DNA of 64,000 nucleotides. It comes from Marsupella aquatica (lineage: Eukaryota > Plantae > Marchantiophyta). Both the position numbers and the translations under genes were made by a program. The stretch spans positions 16,786,216-16,850,215 of the forward strand of contig OZ316894.1 of the NCBI GenBank assembly GCA_973895155.1. The letters run 5' to 3'. Shown piece by piece: positions 28,301 to 42,838 of this stretch (its first letter is position 1; the number at the start of each line of letters is the position of its first letter). Under the pieces are notes generated by a model. It was given only the letters and a program-made list of their open reading frames with translations, had not been told where the DNA came from and made no database searches.

Positions 28301-30940
28301 AGGAGGTTTTCACCCAGGTAACTGAAAACTTATGGCCTAGCTTGGGTTCAAAGATCTCTTCAGAAATGGCTGGAGGGTATCTACGTTTGTTTCCATTTCA
28401 TAGTAATTTTCCAAATTGAATCCACCGGGATTTCAAAATTCCTCTCACGTTTATAGACTTATTGGTTGTTAGAAAACCTAGACACGGATGATTACCAAAA
28501 AGGAGAAACTGTTTGCACGCAGGTACAAGAAGCAGCTGCAGGTAACGTTACCGTGGAGATGCCTGACGTTTGGATCAACCTCGCACATGTTTATTTGGCA
28601 CAAGGGCAATTTTCTCTAGCAATAAAAATGGTAAGTTTCTCAACAGGCTTGCGTGCTGTTGAAGGTCGTCGGCGCTTGAATCCTGTAGAATTCTAGTAGG
28701 ATCGATGCCTGCCATGAGACACAAGTTTCATTGAACAGACGTTCATTGATTTTCGTCTGAGTTTTTGTCGAGTTCACCCCTTTCACATTCAATCGTTTCC
28801 ATTGCATCCTTGGTCGGGGTTGGTAATGCGTGGCTGGGATATCAAGGCTTCCTCCTATTTTCAATCCTATCCCCTAACAATAGCCACTGGTTTTGCAGTA
28901 TCAAAATTGTTTGAAGAGATTTTATCATAACACGGACAGTCAAGTCCTGCTCTATCTGGCCCGAACGCACTATGAGGCAGAACAGTGGCAAGATTGCAAG
29001 CGGGTGCTTCTTCGAGCCATTCACTTGGCACCATCCAATTATACTCTGCGATTTGATGTGGCCATTGCGATGCAAAAGTTCTCAACAGCTACTCTCCAGA
29101 AAGTGAAGCGGACAGCTGAAGAGGTGGGTTATGGGAGCCTCCAATTACTTCATATCTGTTAATGTGGAAGGTTGTGATATGTGTGCAAGGATTTATTATT
29201 TCCTTTGGTAAGCAACTGTGGGTTTGATGGGCTTGATGACTGTGCTGGTGTCAAAACGGTGGTGTCTCACGTGGCATATGCGGTACTAGATTTATTCACA
29301 AATGACCTCTTGGCTGGATCCAGGTGCGACAGTCAGTTGCAGAGCTGAAGAACGCACTTAGACTATTCAATCAGCTATCAAGTGTCGGTGTCAATCACGG
29401 GCATGGATTTGATGAAAAGAAGATCGAAATGCATGTAGAATATTGCAAACACCTGCTGGATGCTGCAAAAGTACATTTGGAAGCAGCAGAGCGTGAAGAG
29501 CAACAAAATCGCCAAAAATTGGAAGTTGCGCGTCAGCTTGTCATGGCAGAAGAATCACGTCGCAAGGCAGAGGAGGACCAGAAAGCTCAGGTCAGGATCT
29601 TGGGGCCACAGCTTTTTCACATGAAAGTATTTTTTCTTTGCGTTCAGGATTTTGCCTTCAATCACTGGTGGCAGTTGAATAGATTCAGTGAGGCACAATC
29701 ATGCTGGGCGTCTAGTGTTTTAAAAATAGTTGGATGACTTTTTGATGGTGCTTAGTCCTGGCTACATCTATATTGGATTCTTCTAGCACGAAGGTCGTAC
29801 ATTCATTTGTATAGCTGAACTTTCCCTGGACTTAGGTGGAGAGAAAATTGAAAGAGGAGGAAGCAAGGAAGGTGCTCAGAGAGGAAGAGAAGCTGAAGCA
29901 TCTGATGGTACGTTCTCGTGTGTACAAAAGTTCATTCTCAATAAATGGGAGAAGGGATTATGATGCCACATTCCTTCCGTTCATTTCCTTACTTTTTCTC
30001 TCGTCAGGTTTTGACTTTGGACCCTCAATTTTATTAGTGGGTGGCTATCCTTCCTACTTTGCAACAATCAAGTTCTGTCTCCAGGCACATTAGAATGTTG
30101 GATCATCTTAGTATTCCTCCATATCAGTTGACTTTTGGCTGTTTGAGCTTGAATGATCAATTTGGTTCGACCCTTGGCGATCTTAAATGTCGCGCATTCA
30201 CATCCCTTTCGTGGACTGTCTCCAGGCAAACTGGAATGTGAAGTCGTCTAGGCATGATGATGATGTAGAGGACGGAGCATCTGAGAAGAAAGAGAAGAAG
30301 AAAAGGAAGAAGAAAGAAAAGCGAGTCCGGTCGAAATCTAGATCTAGATCCCCATCTGAGCCAGAGTATGAAGTGGATGAGAGGTACAGAACTGCGTCAC
30401 CAGAAGAGGACACACAAGATGCTCTAGCTGCAGCTGGACTGCTCGACGAATCAGACGACGAGGAGGCGGTAAGACTTGAATCCGATCTACTTCTCTAGTC
30501 TTGTGATCAAAGGTCTCAATCGAGAGAAAGCAAGCAGGGCATGTATGTGTAGAAAATGGCTGACTGACAGATCACCTGCTGTCGAGTGGATTACAAGAAA
30601 TAACTTATGTATTAGCTTATGTAGAAGATTTGAGAGACTGAAATGTGCGTTCCACAGTTGAAGCGTCAGTCTGATATTTCCCACATGATGATAATGTGTC
30701 CAGGTGAAAGAAGCACCACGGGCAAAGAAAGGAAGGTTAAGACGGGCACTTTCCGAGTCAGATGACGAAGATGGCTTGCACGGGCAAAGATTTGAGGGGA
30801 ACAATGCTTTGGCTGATAGTGATGCTGATATGAAAGGAGCAAAAACTCTGGAGGACTCTGATGCAGATGAACAAGTAGTTGAAGCTGGTGCTAGAAGGCG
30901 TCCCAAGCAGTCACGACTGGCAGACAGTGACTCTGACTGA
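22369..30940 (+). CDS. CTR9: PAF1 complex TPR subunit CTR9 (VIP6/ELF8 homolog), many exons
   Basis: N-terminus MACVYIPVQNSSEEVRVQLDQLPRDATDILDILKAEQAPL (ATG 22369) closely resembles plant VIP6. Later TPR exons include EIDEYYSDVKYDRIAILNALGAYY, LNHLANHFFFTGQH, GNWNYYAAVR, EMPDVWINLAHVY, LYLARTHYEAEQWQDCK and HGFDEKKIEMHVEYCKHLL. The tail is acidic/Lys-rich with a stop at 30940. Confidence 0.96.
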
Positions 30941-32356
30941 CCACAGCAAAAATTGCAGATTTGGGTCTATTATCCTTCAGGTGAATTTAGTACCCAACTT
31001 CAGCACCACATGAGTGCAACTGGTGGTGGAACTAGTGGGGTCACAATGCTCCCAGCATTTTCTTTTGTGCCTAAACTTGTGGTCCCTTGTTTATCCCGTC
31101 TATGAAACTTCCGCAGGGATTTTGAAGGCGCCTGAGACATCATACATGTGACTTCACTGCGAAAATCGTTTGCTTCTTTCCTCAAGGCCAGGACTTTCTT
31201 CACAGTATCAAAATTTTAGAGACCAGTGGGGGTCCAGATATTTATCTCACTCCACAAAATTGTCTGCTGTTTTAACCGTATAAGTCGCATTCAACACACT
31301 TTGGAAGGCGCCCACATAGATACATGAAGTAAAAGGAAGTATCTGACGGCGATCCCTCGGTATGATGCTCTTTTGTGGGATTTGTGAACTCTGAATCGAT
31401 GCAATTCAATTCCCTGAGAGCACGTACTTCCTACTGAGCTTTCATCGGGAAAAGTTATAGGAGTCTCCCTGGAATGGATTGCTTATGTTAGACAATCAAA
31501 TGGATATGTACAGGACGGATTGAAAGTAAAGGGAACTCAGTTTTGTTATCTCGTTCATTTGCCACCAACTTGAGCGCATGTGTGGCCTTCTACTAACCTT
31601 TGGAATACATCGTCCTCATTGCACGTGTGCCAGGGGATCCCTACGTTTCGTTGTAGCGCCTCTGGAGAGATGGGCGATACTTGTCAAATTCCTATTTAGT
31701 AAGCTCGAAACATTAGCATGCTTTGGTGCACTTACTATCGCCAGAAAATTGAGTACTTGTTTGGACCCTCAAGCGATAAACACCTTCCCTGGGGCCCTCT
31801 ACATTGAAGGAATTTCATGGGGCCCTCCTGATGGTACTGTCATTACCCATCTTAGCTAATGGCATGCGTGGTCAATTGGTGCCTCAGTTTTGGGTAATGT
31901 AGTTTGAACCCCGGAATGGCGCACTCGCAAGCCCCATACTTTTGAGCCCAACTCTGTAGGAGTTCAGGGGCGAGCTAGAACCTGCATCCCAATTATAAGA
32001 CAAGATTGTAGGACGCGGGTCACAATATTCCGACCAGATTTTGAGGAATGTCGAACAAAACTAGCAACCTGTAATAGTACGCAGAACACATGAGAAAGAG
32101 GGAGAGTGGGTGACGGTGCTTACACCTACGACACGAGCATGAGGTAGGGTGAAATGCTAGCATAGTAGTTGGGGACGGACAGAAGGAAGCTCATTTTGCC
32201 GTCTTTTAACATTATCCCAGATCTTGGGAAGGTAAAACAAAATTACGAAGCGGAGATGGTACACGAAGAGGGAGAGAAGTAGGTTTGCTTCACTTCTGTG
32301 TGTCAGTGGTACGGCTATATTCCAGAGTCGTAGGATTATAAAACAAACCCACATAA

Positions 32357-32418
32357 TGGAGATGGTAGTGTCCCTTGATGTGGAGAATGGAGATGGTAGT
32401 GTCCCTTGATGTGGAGAC
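32357..32418. repeat. Perfect ~30-bp tandem duplication
   Basis: atggagatggtagtgtcccttgatgtggaga is repeated twice back to back. Confidence 0.85.
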
Positions 32419-33438
32419 CCTCAGTTGAATTGTGCTTCGGCCCATTGGGTTTGGTTTTCTCGGCGCTTGGACACCCTGCCTTTCATTTAGAGTAAAATCT
32501 GATGTTCATATGATGCGCATTTTGCAGAGATAATCCAAGCTCATGACTTTGTTTTTATGCAAACGGGATAGAATAATCATGATAAAACACGGGATAGAAT
32601 TGTGCACATGATGTTTGGGACCCAAATTGACGTCGTTTGGCTCAGACGCAAGGAACGATATAAATGATGCACACACGCAAACTCATTCAACACCTTGCAA
32701 CACAAGCTCCAGTTCCAGCTGGTAAGATGTTTCCTTAATTTCCTTGATAGAAATTCATCATCAACACGATGCACTCGAGTGAATGCCTTTCAAGGACCCC
32801 ACTACGTGAGGGGCAAACCAGATCAATTAATCGATGCCTAAAACACCAACACCAGCCTGCCACAAGAGGTCGTTCTGCGAGAGGCATACTATGACTGGAG
32901 CATAATGTAACATAGTTTGGACATCGAAGTTAATCGTTGTACCTGCCATAAAGGTCCACGACATAGGCAAAACGACCAGAACTAAACGGCAAATGTATAC
33001 CACATCTCAAGATGAAGATCTAAGTCATAAAGGTCATTGCAGATTCCACTCAGTGTGTCAGCTTGAAGGTAAAGAGGTGACAGGCTAAATGTCCAATCTA
33101 TACCATCAATCATCAGAGGTATCAGACGATCTTTGGGCCATTTCGGGTACCACTCCTGCACATTCGTCATCACTGCTAGCCAATTCCTGATCCTGCGCAT
33201 GCCCATCCATACCACTAATGAGACGAATGTTGACAATTTGTTTTGGTACCTGGGCCATAAAATTCTTGTATATGATCTACGATCAGACGACGTCAAGTCG
33301 GTGATGGAAAGGTCTTCATGTATTACTACACATGCATATGAAAACCGGGAGAAAAAAAAGATTTGCTCGTGATTCTAAGTGAATCCCCGAACACGAACAC
33401 CACAAAACTGCGTATATCACAGTTTTGAAAATGCATCA

Positions 33439-36298
33439 TCAATTCTTTCTTCTTGCGTAGCTGCTTGAAAGTACGACGAGGCTTTCCTATCTTTTCTACT
33501 TTGACAAAAGGAAACTAAGAATCTCATGTTTTGTTGAAGCGACCTATTTGCATATTCAAATTCAGAAAGATCATGGTTCGTAAACATACCTTGGCTGTAT
33601 GCGAAACTCGCTGCAAGTGAGCAGGCCTGGAATTAAGATCGATCATCCGCGACGCGTGGTTAGCTGGTGATAGTAAATCCTCATCGCCTACAGTAACGGC
33701 TCCGGCGGGAGCATTACTGTTATTCCAATCACCATTTTCTTTGAGTCCTGTCTTGTCCTCTGGCTTGTCTTCATGATGATGGTGGTGGTGGTGATGGTGG
33801 TGGTGGTGATGATGGTGATGTTGGTCATTTGGATTCGTCCCATTTTCTTGCGCAGTCACGTCATCCTCTCGTACCTTTCTGGGAAGCTGCACGACAACGA
33901 TATCTATCATGAGAAAACGCTCGCGCTTCACTCTCCCACTCCTAGAGAGTCCAATCTTGATTGGAAAGTGAAAACCTAAGAAATAAAAACACGTACAGTA
34001 ATGCTCTTACCAAACCAGCAGCCTACCATCCACACTCCAATAAAATTATCATGGTTATTCTACGTGAAAACGTTATTACAGTTGTTGCCAGTTGATAAAC
34101 GCATCTTAAATCACAGATTGTACATGGAAACTTCTCTTCAGATATAATTATGAAATCCTATAACTGAGACCTGCCAATAGAGCTCCAGTTAGAGGCAGAT
34201 TTCATCCGAAATAGCTTTGTGAGGCTTTGAAATCTAAGCAAGTGAGCCAACAGCGAAGCAGGAGCAATTACAACTCTGAACAGTTACGAGTTCGCAAGGA
34301 AGTTTCTCACGGTCAGTCAAAAGCAATACGGGACAAATGATAGAACCAACCTCCACGCGTTGACCCATTAATAAGTATCGCTCGTGAGTTTTTTTTCCTC
34401 CGATGTGAACATCCATGTCACATTGCAAACATAGGGATGTTCCATCAATACCACAGAAGAAAAATGCTGCACAAACACAGACAAATTAGCAACGCCGAGG
34501 CGCTCGGGAAGCCTGCGGATCCTACCGAGTAGAATGGACATGCCTCCCTCACTTCAGATTTACAATCGTACATCAAGGTCACACCAACTGTTTACGGAGC
34601 TCTAAAGGACACGAAGAAGTCTCCATAACGAAAAAGGTACGTCCTGTGGTTCCTATTCGATACACCATTATCAAACCTCTGTATTCAACTAGGCTCGGGG
34701 ATCGACACTAGTGGTAGTAAATGACTGGGAAGGCCAAATTCCATACCCGGAGCGTTTTCACATATGTCGCAGCGTGGTACTGCACGCGCTTCTGCGAGTT
34801 TTAATCGCACATGTCTGCCGGCCACTTTGTTGCACCCGTGCACCTGAGGAAAACCCAATTTGGGGGCTGTCAATACATCATGATTTATTGTAATTGCTAG
34901 TGGACAACTCTAGTTCCTTTCTGATGTTCCTATACATTTTCTCCCATAAAGTCTGCGTAACCGACAATCGTTTCTTATAGACAAAGGCGTGATCGTAAAC
35001 AGGGCATAGCAGGGAGATAGTAGTAAACAAAAAAGCTATGAGATACAACGGGATCTAAAAGATTCCTGAGCTATTCGTTTCTATGCACAGGATTCTTGTC
35101 CAAGGCACCGGCATAAGCTTTCTCGCAATTTCAATCGAGAACCTCGGTATATATTACTAGGCTGCTATTGTGACCCCGACATGCGGGCAAATGCAACGAG
35201 TAACAATTTCCTTAATCAAGTTCAAAGATGACAAGCCTTTCAAGCCGACTACGGCTGGCAGACGTAATTTCATCTTTGAAAACGAAGAGTGCAATTTGCC
35301 ATGGCAGTAGAGTTACCCATCTAGAAATTATTTCATCATTCCCTGTGCACTCTTGGGGCTGTGACATCATGGGCGTTACAGTACTGCCAAACTATTCTCA
35401 ACCAGCCGTATCGATCCAAAGTATAACTCTGAATGGTCATCTTGATCAACAAAATTGCAGCTTTATCTTTGCTGTCCAACTTTCGTGACCTCCAAAACAC
35501 CCTGGATAAACAACCGGGGCTCAGCACAGTACAGCCTTGGCTAATGGTGGGACCTCGCCTTCCGCGACACTTCTGTTCAAAGCTAGTCTACATATAAATA
35601 TGTTTCCAGGATCTGCCTTAAGCTCTCAAAGGCGTGGTTCCTCTACCTTCCTCTTCAGAGAGCAGATGCCCAAGACTTGGTCTCTGTATGAGTGATGGCC
35701 AAAAATCCTCGACCTTCAGGTTTGCTTCAGAAGTAGAAAGGATCTGCCTTCAGCTTTTAGAGGCATGGTTCTTCCATCTTCTTCTTAAGAGACTCCCCAG
35801 ATTGAGCTCTTTCCGTCAGCTGAAGCCACAAATCCTCAACCTTCAGGATTGCTTCAGAAGTCGGAACTTCCCTACATTGGGCCAGCTAATGTCGATGAGA
35901 TCAGTCAACGAGTCAACTGAACGCAACCCGTGTTTGGTTAACGGTTAGAGTCGTTTCCCTGTTCTGTGTAAGATTCCCTTCGGCTACCCAAATCTACCTG
36001 AACGTACGTCCCTTCACTCTCCCCCTCAACCGAGAGCACACTCCGCGGTAAGCATCCATACTTCCAACTTGGAGTATGTAAGAGAAGTGAGAGGGGGCAT
36101 GCAAAGACAAGGGAAGCTTTTTAGTACACAAAGAGTCCAACATGATGGAGAGGAGCTATTCGCCTCAAACCACGAGAGCGTCATCAAGCGGAGACGAGCA
36201 CCAACCTTTGCGTCGCACTTCAGGCAGAGAGCAGCTTCGTCCGCGGCGCAGAATAGGTGGGCAGGGGCCGCCTCACAAACATCGCAGAGAGTCCGCAT
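33439..36298 (-). CDS. Double B-box zinc-finger protein (BBX18/BBX19-like, no CCT domain)
   Basis: Exon 36298-36206 [31 protein letters not shown]; ~34845-34748 [26 protein letters not shown]; ~34467-34352 [33 protein letters not shown]; ~33888-33590 with poly-His and MIDLNSRP. The last short exon (ending ~33439) is tentative. Confidence 0.9.
33773..33820 (-). repeat. CAC/CAT trinucleotide tract encoding 16 His within the BBX gene
   Basis: 16 atg/gtg triplets on + read as CAT/CAC codons on -. Confidence 0.9.
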
Positions 36299-37655
36299 CT
36301 GTATCGCCTTTCACTTTGTTCCGTTCCAACTCCACCAAGCCCTCACAACTTACTGTCCTGTAGCCTTCGTTCGCACTCTACAACTTCCTGCGTTTCGTGT
36401 GTTAGCCGTTCCCACTTCTCCTGGTGCAGTTTGGACCTTTTACAGCGAAGATGCTATTTGTTCCGTCCACCCATAATAGTAATACTATCACAGCCCCAGA
36501 CCAAGCCAGCCGATCCGCTTCTTAAAACATGAGTTGGTAACATCCCGCCTCTTGACAAATTTCCAATGAAATAAATTGCACGGAAGACTAGGAGCAGAGG
36601 ATGTGTTCGTTCTCTCGCGCATTACCAACGCTTGCAATGCATGCCAGGGGAAAGGAGACCAAATCAGCGAGCAGGCCAGTCCTGACGGCGACGACGATGA
36701 TGATGCACGATCAATTGGTCGAAGAAATCTGAAATGATCACCGTGCGAATTGCTCCACTCCGCGACTACAACAACTGTCACAACGCGTTCGTCCTGTTTT
36801 CTAAACTCCAGCAACCCGGGGGAGCAGAAAACAACCACAGCCTGTATCCAAGAGAGCCCGTCCGCAAGCAGCTCGGCACGAGAGAGGAGAAGGTGCCACT
36901 GAACCAGGACCACACAGAGAAATTATCTCAATCTTGCTTTGCTTGCCTACCTTCCGATTCGACACACCGCTGTACCTGCAGCAGGCAAAGCGGCCGAGAT
37001 CCAAGAAAGAGATATCGCTATCTCTTCAAATCAAAATTGCCGTAGACGACGAGAAGCAGGCGCGACATTGGACCCCTCGGACAGAAGAAGCCCCGCAATC
37101 ATTTCTCCTCGTAAATCACACTCCACGGCCCTCGACAGCGAGCAACGAAACGATCGAACGAACCTCAAACCACAAGGCGCCGGCGCAGGCACGGAATTTT
37201 CCTGCTCCCTCGGCCTCAGCTGTCAACAGCGAATGATCGAGCCAGCGACGAGTGACGAAACGGACTTCCCGACTCCGGAGCTCTCGGTACACGCCGCACA
37301 GCCGCAGAACGACGACAATCAATGTGGACTAGTCGAGCTCATGCTTCTGCTGCAGTGGACAGTTCCGGACCAATGCTCACTCACTAGTCCCGTCGACAGC
37401 GGCGTCTCGCGAGATTGGGCTCCAACCAGCTTGAAACTCAATCCAAATCAGACCAGAGCAGCGCAACGCAATCCAAAGCAACGCACGACAGCAGTACAAA
37501 GCTGCGCAATCTGCTTTGGACCCAACTGGAGTCGCCGACTGGTGAGGATCGGTGAAGAAAGTAGAGGCTGGGAAGCAGTCCGGGACTCGAATGCTCTACA
37601 GCCTCTGCTTCTGCGCTTCTGTCGGTCACGGACTTCTGTGACCACGAGAAGCGAC

Positions 37656-37726
37656 AAGACGAGACGAGACGAGACGAGACGAATGGAATGGAATGGAAGA
37701 CTAATTAATTAATTAATTAATTAATG
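37656..37726. repeat. Compound microsatellite (GAGAC)n-(GAATG)n-(TAAT)n
   Basis: Direct reading at 37656-37726. Confidence 0.85.
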
Positions 37727-38770
37727 GATGATGGCCTGACCAGTCACGTCAGTTCACTAGTTCAGTTGTGGTGTGGTCTGAGCATTTTCAGCCACAGGAG
37801 AGAGGGGCCCTCACAAGAACTGTGGTCTCTCCAGCCACAAGGGTGGGGCCCCCACATGAACTGTGGTCTCCCCAGCCACAAACGGGAGGGGGGGGGGGGC
37901 GCTCACAAGAGCTGTGGTCTCTCCACAAGAGGTGTATGTTTGGTGGACCCCCCAAGTGATAGGTGTTATTTGAGGGGACCCCGGAGTGATCTGAACGTTG
38001 ATAGACACTAAATAAACTTACCCAAAACCTAGGGGTTACCTAGGGGTTGGTTGGGGAGAAAAGTTTGATCAAACTTATCCAAATCAATCTCATGGGGTTA
38101 GTAGGGGAGAAAAGTTTGGTTTGGGGCTCCGTGAAGCAAATATCTCATAGATGAGGCGAGACGAGAAACCTAAGATTGTCACTGTGGTGTGCTCTGAGAA
38201 TAACCTCATGGGGTTGAATGGGGAGGAAAGTTTGGTTTGGGTCTCCATTAATTAAGCAAATAACTCAGACAAGATGAGACAAAGACTCTAATTAATTGAT
38301 GATGGGCTGACCAGTCACTTTGCTGTGGTGTGGTCTGAAAATTTCAAGCCAGAAGTTTAATTAGGGGGGGGGGCGGCTTAACAAGAATGTGGTCTGAGAA
38401 TTTCCAGTACTTCACAAAAACAGCTGCTTACTTCCAAGATTTTATTTTTGGGGTTCATTGCAAAGTTTCATATCAAGTGGCCAATCTATTTTGCCCCAAC
38501 CATGAAATTGAGAGGTCACTAGCTGGTACATGAAATCTCCAGGTCCTACATGGAAGACTTGACTGTGGAGTGGTCTGAGAATTTCCAGCCAGAAGTTAGG
38601 ACTGGGCACTTCCAAGATTTTGCTTTTTGGTTGATCCCAATCGTTCATCCAGTTCAAGATTTTGCTCTTAGATTTCATTGTAGTCATTTAATATCAAATG
38701 CTATTCGTTTGGGCCTCACATGATATTGAGAGGTCACTGGAGCTGAGAATTTCCAGCCAAAGTCAAGGGG
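37724..38770. repeat. Degenerate repeat cluster, possibly a TE remnant
   Basis: gatgatgg.ctgaccagtcac at ~37727 and ~38298; gtggtctgagaatttc(c)agcc-like motif at ~37773, 38330, 38389, 38571 and 38741; ggggagaaaagtttg several times. Confidence 0.5.
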
Positions 38771-41700
38771 CGTTACAAGAAAAACCGGTTACCCTCCAAG
38801 AATTTGCTTTTTGGTTTCCCAACCATTCTTATCAAGTTCCAAGTTTTCGCTTTTGGATTTCATCTCAATCATTCATGTCAAGTGACAACTCCATTTTGGC
38901 TTTACATGAGACCACTTGTGGGACTTATCCCAATCCTACATGGATTGGAGTGGGTCCCCAAAAGTCCCTATGTCAACAGTTCAGTTCTGGCCATGTTATA
39001 GACCACCTCATTGAGAATTCAAGGGACTCTTCCTTGGAAACTCATTTATTACAACCCCTTGGGTCCCACTCTATGTGCGACTCCTCTCATTTCTATTATA
39101 AGTGATATTAAGAGAGTTACCTCCAATTTTTCCCAATGTCTAGTCTTTTGTGTGTGAAGGGATCTGGTGAATCTCACTTTGGGAGGGGGTTTTGTGCAAA
39201 AGGATGGTTGAGTATGAAGCTTGAACTTTGAACATCACTAGTGGCAGCGAAGACTACTTTTGTTGGGCTATGCTTGCTCGAACAATTAATGTGAGCCATT
39301 TTTGCATTTGTAGCATTCACAAATATGAATACACAAGTTGTTTTCACATTTTTTTCATGATGGACAATACTCAATTAGAGGCAGCTTCAAATGGCAGGAC
39401 CCAAAAAGTACCAATAAATGAGTTTCCTATGAACGCTTGTCCAAAAAAAATTGTGATGGTATTTTGAAAAGATCTTCTCATTTTGGCTCATGTTGCTCAT
39501 TCAAAATTGATGAGGTTCAGTATACCAGCTGGCCTGTTGTGACCTGTTTCAAATGAAAACTCCTATGTATTAAGTTTTCCCCAAATTTGGGTTTTGGTGA
39601 GACTAACGAACATACATTTCCCGCAGCTGCCAACTGCAAGGAAAAAAGTTGATATGAGATGCTCTGGTATAGCAACGTGTAAAAAATCCAGGAGTGATGT
39701 GCAACAGCGTCCAAACGTGATTTTTTCACCAATGACTGGTCCACCAGTGGGCCAACTCACTTCACTAGTCCACTTGACAAAATAATGACAACATCAGAAA
39801 AGATTTCCTTCGACTCATCAGCAAACCTGGCCCCTGAGTCCCTGACCACATGCAAGCCACCAAAACAAAAACAATACTATTATTTTTAGGAAGCTCCCAA
39901 GTACCACATGCAAGCCAACTAAAACAACAACAATAACATTATTATTAATATGAAGCACCCTAGTTTCCAGCCGAGGAAAGGATATGGTCTGCTGCCCCTG
40001 TGGGCCCTCTTTGCTTGGAAGCCACTCAAATGTTTGTTTTCGATCTCAAAAAGGCAGGTGGGCCCCTTTTGACTGGCAGCCACTCACGTTTGCGTTTTCG
40101 ATACTACAGGAGCTCGTCGGGCTTGTCGTATTGTGCCCTGTCCTCTGAGCTGGGGTTGCACTGGAGCCACATATAGGTACGGGATGCTTGCGGACCTCAG
40201 GGTCGGATTCCGTGCCTCTGCTGCTCCTGCCACGTAAGCCTACTTCACATGGACCTCTTGGGGCCGTGGAATCAGTCATTCCGGACGGCCCAGATGCCTG
40301 CTCGTGCGTGCCGGGGCGGGTCGAGGCCAACGCATTTTTAAGGTTTTTTTGGGTGGGTGAAGGTATACATAATTAGTGTACTCTTTAGAGGATATTGTGG
40401 AGTCTAATGCCCTGAAGAACGAGAGCTTTAGTTCTAGTTTTGAGGGGCTAGCATTGCAAATAATGATATGGAAATAGGACCTTGATATACTTGAGGAGAT
40501 TTTATATTTTTGTAATATTAGTAAAGTAGAGGAGAATGTTAAACAAGACGTGATATAAATCTTGACGGGAATGCTGTGAAAGATACCAAAGGGAAAAATC
40601 ATTAAGGGCACAAAGAATATACTAATGTCTTGTTGCCAAGGCATTGTGTGATATAATCTCCTAATAAATGAGAGCTTTAGTTCAAGTTTTGAGCGTCTAT
40701 CATTGCCCACAATGCTATGGAAATAGGATCTTCATACATTTAAAGGTCCAAGAGATTTTAGTTTCTTTCAATTTAAGTAAACTTAGAGGACCCAGATGGC
40801 CATGTTCTGTCTTCAGAGTGCACCAACAAAGAAGATTAGTTTGTCTTCCTCGAGAGTCCATTCTCCCAACCAGCCATTGTTCCCTTGTTTTGTTCTTTAA
40901 TTCCCCAGGGCGCCATTAGCTCTGGAAGGAGGGCAGGTACTTTAAAGAACATAAAGGCACAGCGTAATTATCCCATACAGTTGTACATATTTTCTGGCAA
41001 AGATGGTTGAGATTATTTCATATGTTAGCCTCGTCTGCCCACCCCAGTGTTTTTGTTCATTAAACCCATAAGTTTAGAAGCTCCCAGGGGTCTGCCATGT
41101 TCCAGACGTTATGAATACGAAGTCTGAACACTGACATCTTTGATTCTTCTTGGTTTTACAAGTATGATGAATGGATTGATCTCGCGTTTGCGTGAGAGAT
41201 GCCCTCCGCTCTTGTTACGCAAGGGCATCGCCGATTCTGACCCCCAAAAACCTCGACATTCTGCACTGCTATGGAATTCTCTTGAACCCCCAAAACAGGC
41301 AACAAAAACCTCAATTTCTGTGAGGGTTTCTGACCCCCAAAGACATGCACCAAAAACGCTCACTCCGATTTCTACGATGGATTTTTTCTGACCTTCCAAA
41401 ACCATGGAACAGAAACGTCGCCTCCATTCTCTACGATGGGTTTCTTGAAAAACCATCGACCCGCCTGGTTGAATGTCATGAAGGAACCGGAGAAAAGATT
41501 TCTCAAATTCCGATCGCCTCCTCCATTTTGTACGATTGATTTTTTGAAGTACCACGATCCGGCCGAGTGTAGTGGAGTGAACAGGAAAATGGACTTCCAG
41601 ACTCTGATTCATTTCAATCAATCCCGCACATTAAATGCGCGATGTGAGTGGCTTGCAGTTCTCTCATCAGGTTTTAGTTCTGATCGAGTTGCAATACTTC

Positions 41701-42838
41701 CAATCAGATGAATTGCAGTTCTTTCGAATGGATTTTCGTGTTCCAATCGAATTGCACTACTTTCAACTGCATTTTCGTATCCGATCAGTCGTAACACTGA
41801 TCGAGGCACCATGGCCCATGCAAGGTCATAATATTCGGACCACCCCGCCAATTGAACACATGAAGCGAGCGGATTGGATTGCAGTTTTCTCAATGGATTT
41901 TCGATATCCGGTCAATTGTAACACTATGGTACCATCGCATGACCCTCGAAATGACTATTGTGGAAATGCACCATGCGTTTGCTAGTTTCTTATGCCAGGC
42001 AATGCACTGAAAGCATTCCACTTCATGCCCTACATTGTAATCGCATCAAGATGCCTTGACCTCTCCAACATGGGGCTGCATGCTGGTTCCAGGCAGGAAG
42101 GATCTTGGCCCAAATTCACCTGTACCAACATTTTGTATTCATGTCTGGAGTTACAAATTGATACCCAGAGCTCAATCATTGGTCACGTCTCCTGCAACGC
42201 ATAAGCCCTCTAATATTACAAGGGAAACAATTGCAGTGAAGTCTTCGAAGTTTGCCGCACACATCCAAGGCAACTGACTCGTAAGGAAACAACTACACCT
42301 CATCGTACTGTCGCACACAACATGACTAGAACTGTGACAAGCCGCTCTGACGTTTCCATAACAGCATGAGAGCTTCCAAGGAGAAATGTAGGCACAATCC
42401 AAATCAAGGTTCAGTTCCCCAGGTTTCTGTGAGGGTTGTTGCATGCGTAGAGAGGGGCATAGGATCGGAAATTTTTTGTTTGAGCGTCAATTACCTATCC
42501 TTCTACCTCTATAATGGAAAAAGGTTTAGAATAAGCCGTACTTGACCTTTTCAGCTTGTAACCATCCAAACCACACAAATATTGGAAGAAACACAAATGA
42601 CGGATGACAATTGCCAGCTAGAGATCGCTGCAAAACTAGTTCATGAATGGAATTCAGTGAATCTTTGAAGGCAAAAAGAAACGAGAAAAGTTAAGGATGT
42701 CCTTCTACAGTGCCTCCGACTCTGCCAACAAGCTGAAAATTCAGAAATCGGAAATACAATTCCATGTGCACAACAGTACCTTCAATCAATAAACAGGCCT
42801 TTTCCATACAATAGCGCAAAACTGGCGAAGTGCAAGTA

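Noticed and set aside
36939-37712. 257-aa + strand ORF
   Set aside because: No recognisable domain, starts at TTG, runs into microsatellites and is antisense to the probable BBX 5' leader.
41109-41985. ORFs of 170 and 116 aa in a region with short recurring motifs (ctgacccccaaa, acgatggattt)
   Set aside because: No protein family was recognised; this looks like degenerate repeat-derived DNA and its class could not be assigned.
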